Source: Negaprion brevirostris (taxonomy: Eukaryota). Taken from it: DNA of 64,000 bases. The notes below the pieces were generated by a model. That model was not told the origin of the DNA. It was given only the letters and a program-made list of their open reading frames with translations, and ran no database searches. The translations under genes were made by a program, and so were the position numbers. Positions 61,861 to 64,000 of the stretch are shown piece by piece (position 1 is the stretch's first letter; the number at the start of each line of letters is the position of its first letter). The stretch spans positions 24,674,527 through 24,738,526 of the forward strand of contig JARDVH010000133.1 in the NCBI GenBank assembly GCA_030324005.1, written 5' to 3'.

Positions 61861-62146
61861 GTTTTGCAATTCTTTCTCCCGACAACTGGAACACATAATT
61901 CGCAGGATAGTTATGAATGAAGGGGGTCATCGCAGTTCTTCTGTACGTAATGACCCTGTAGGTTCCCATTATAGGATGCTGTTGGATTTTGAGCAGTTCC
62001 ACTGGGAATACATTAAAGCATTGATCTCCCTTTGTGAAAAGCTTCCTGAAAACTGTCCTAAGCTCCTCGTTTATTAGTTTAACATGTTGTTCTTCCCCTA
62101 ACCCTCTTGTTATAACATCACCTCTCGCACAACCCCTTTTGAAGAT

Positions 62147-62248
62147 TGTACAATCTGTGCTTGAGGGGTTAGATGTTGTATGGTCTGTGTTTGAGGGGTC
62201 AGTGTCGTACGGCCCATGCTTAAGGGGTTAGTGTTGTATGGTCCGAGC
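62147..62248. repeat. Minisatellite, ~29-30-bp unit, ~3 copies
   Basis: tgtgcttgaggggttagatgttgtatggtc / tgtgtttgaggggtcagtgtcgtacggcc / catgcttaaggggttagtgttgtatggtc. Confidence 0.85.
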
Positions 62249-62539
62249 TATCTGCTTTCTTACTGTGACTTTCCAAATCTTAATATCAAATTCTGCTCAC
62301 TAAGAGCAATTCACCAGTCATTTTTCCTCACAATTTGCGATTAGATTCTAATCCACAAGCCCAGCTAACCACGAGCCTACTGAAAAATTATTTCACTTTT
62401 GGTTCTCTTTTTGACTTGAAACTCTCACGCAATCCACATCTTCCTTCTCAGACTCAAGATAAATGGAAAATGATGAAATAATTATAGAGAATAGCTGCAC
62501 TAATGCAACAGAGCGCTGCTACAAAGCCAAAATTCTTTT

Positions 62540-62904
62540 GCTGCATCACTCCAGTCTCTCTGTCTCTCCGCCCCTCCCTGCCTCCCCTCCCCAAGTATCT
62601 TTAATGTAGCTCCCTTTGGAATTAGACGAGGATAAATAAACTACAGAATCTTCACAGCTTTGCTGCCGTGGCCTGTATTTGCATATCCAATGGGAAACAT
62701 GCTCACAACAGAGGAAGGTGGCCTACTTTGCCATTTCCTTCCATAGCTGAGGCACTTTGTCGTTAGAAAACATCCTTACCCTGTAACTTTTGAGATGAAG
62801 AGCAGCGAAAACCTGACTGTCTGGATGTTCACGGCTGGCCGGAACACGTGATATTGCAATTAGCCAGCCGCAGTACCTAAGCCTTGGGGGAGAGGAAGGT
62901 GAGG
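62540..62904 (+). promoter_or_regulatory. Candidate promoter / alternative first exon
   Basis: GC box 62568-62574, octamer ATTTGCAT 62677-62684, CCAAT 62687-62691, CACGTG near 62844, donor AAG|GTGAGG at 62899; no recognisable TE. Confidence 0.35.
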
Positions 62905-63358
62905 TTCGTTTACCTTCTCTACTATCGCCTGAGAATTTAATCGTTAACAGTTTTCCCTGCATAATTGCAGTAATTTTGTATGCGTGAGCAAGTCCATTTT
63001 TTTTAACCTTAATTTTTCTTGATTTCCACTTTAAGTGTAATGCTTCCTGATGTTTCCAGGCCGGGTGAACTTGAATTTCTCATTTACTTTTTCCAGGATT
63101 TAAATTTTTATTTGCTCATCAAGGAAGATGTTTGGTTTTGGGAAATGAAATGTTTTTCTAGTTTAGGCACTGAGTACTATATCAAATGTGTTTCTAATTC
63201 TAGTACAGGGTAGGTTAGGTATGGTGAGAAGCTTCCTGCACTCTGTCTCTTGCAAACCTGTTGGAGCATTTCCTCATGGGCAAATGTGGCTTTTGTGCAA
63301 ATGTCCACGCCAGCCATTCTCATCACCTTCTCTCAATAAATTGCCAGCAGTTTATACC

Positions 63359-63582
63359 AAACTAAACACTTTTGGCGAAGGAGAGTTAATGAAGACTCTG
63401 GAAAAAGCAGGACCACAGCTCACTTCTCAGTTAAAGGGAGATTGGATAATCTCTTTTGGCGATTGCTGAAATCACCAAATTTTGGTGGTTGGTTCTGGTT
63501 AAGGCAGAAGGAAATGATACAAAATTTGGAAGCTTTACACCTCGAGGCCTTAGATAATGCAGATTTGCTGGTATGGATTCAA
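63359..63582 (+). pseudogene. DENND6A: DENND6A (FAM116A)-like C-terminal fragment, frameshifted; probable processed pseudogene
   Basis: [21 protein letters not shown], then a 1-nt frameshift at ~63449, then [44 protein letters not shown]; matches recalled DENND6A [37 protein letters not shown]...[25 protein letters not shown]. Confidence 0.85.
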
Positions 63583-64000
63583 GGGTCGGGTTGTGACTTA
63601 CAGCCAGGACCTGGGTTGGAACTGCTAAATGTTAACATCATGGAGACCTTTACAGCTGTTGAGAGAGGAGACTTCTGTAGGTCTCAAATATGAGGAGCCT
63701 ATACAATTTACAATAGCAGATTGCCCCCATGTTCATGAATTCTGCATTGAAATTACCCTTGCAGCTTTTTCAACACGTCGACTGACAAAATAACAACAAA
63801 TTAGCCTAATTCTTTTGACATTTTGAGACTTTTTCCTTTAATCTCCTCTGCCAAGTACACACACTGCTCCAGGATCATCCTAGAGGGTAAAGATAGCCCC
63901 CAATTTCTTTTCTCCATTAATCTTTGCAAGCCATCTCTCCAACTTACCACTAAGAAGTGAAAGGGGCATGTGGATATTTGTGCTAACGTTCAGATATGTT

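Overview
Eukaryotic, repeat-rich, almost certainly non-coding (intronic or intergenic) DNA from a cartilaginous fish, most likely a shark. The main evidence is about 25 HE1/V-SINE-type tRNA-derived SINE copies or fragments plus many HER1/CR1-type LINE fragments. The window also holds L2, RTE, Rex1/Babar-like and Tx1-like LINE remnants, Penelope-like hairpin elements, PIF/Harbinger-like MITEs and older Deu-domain and AmnSINE2-like SINEs. I found no intact protein-coding gene: the long ORFs are retroelement fragments or run through N gaps. Points of interest are a frameshifted, apparently intronless DENND6A-like fragment (63359-63582), a 5S rRNA + tRNA-Lys(UUU) chimeric element (38749-38913), and two local inverted duplications at HE1 SINE 3' ends (3595-4858, 13443-14178) plus smaller template-switch scars. 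There is also an exact 30-bp repeat 3.5 kb apart in unique DNA that closes two ATG-initiated mini-ORFs at a GT (19810 and 23275). Family names come from by-eye recall of consensus features, not database searches, and repeat boundaries are approximate.
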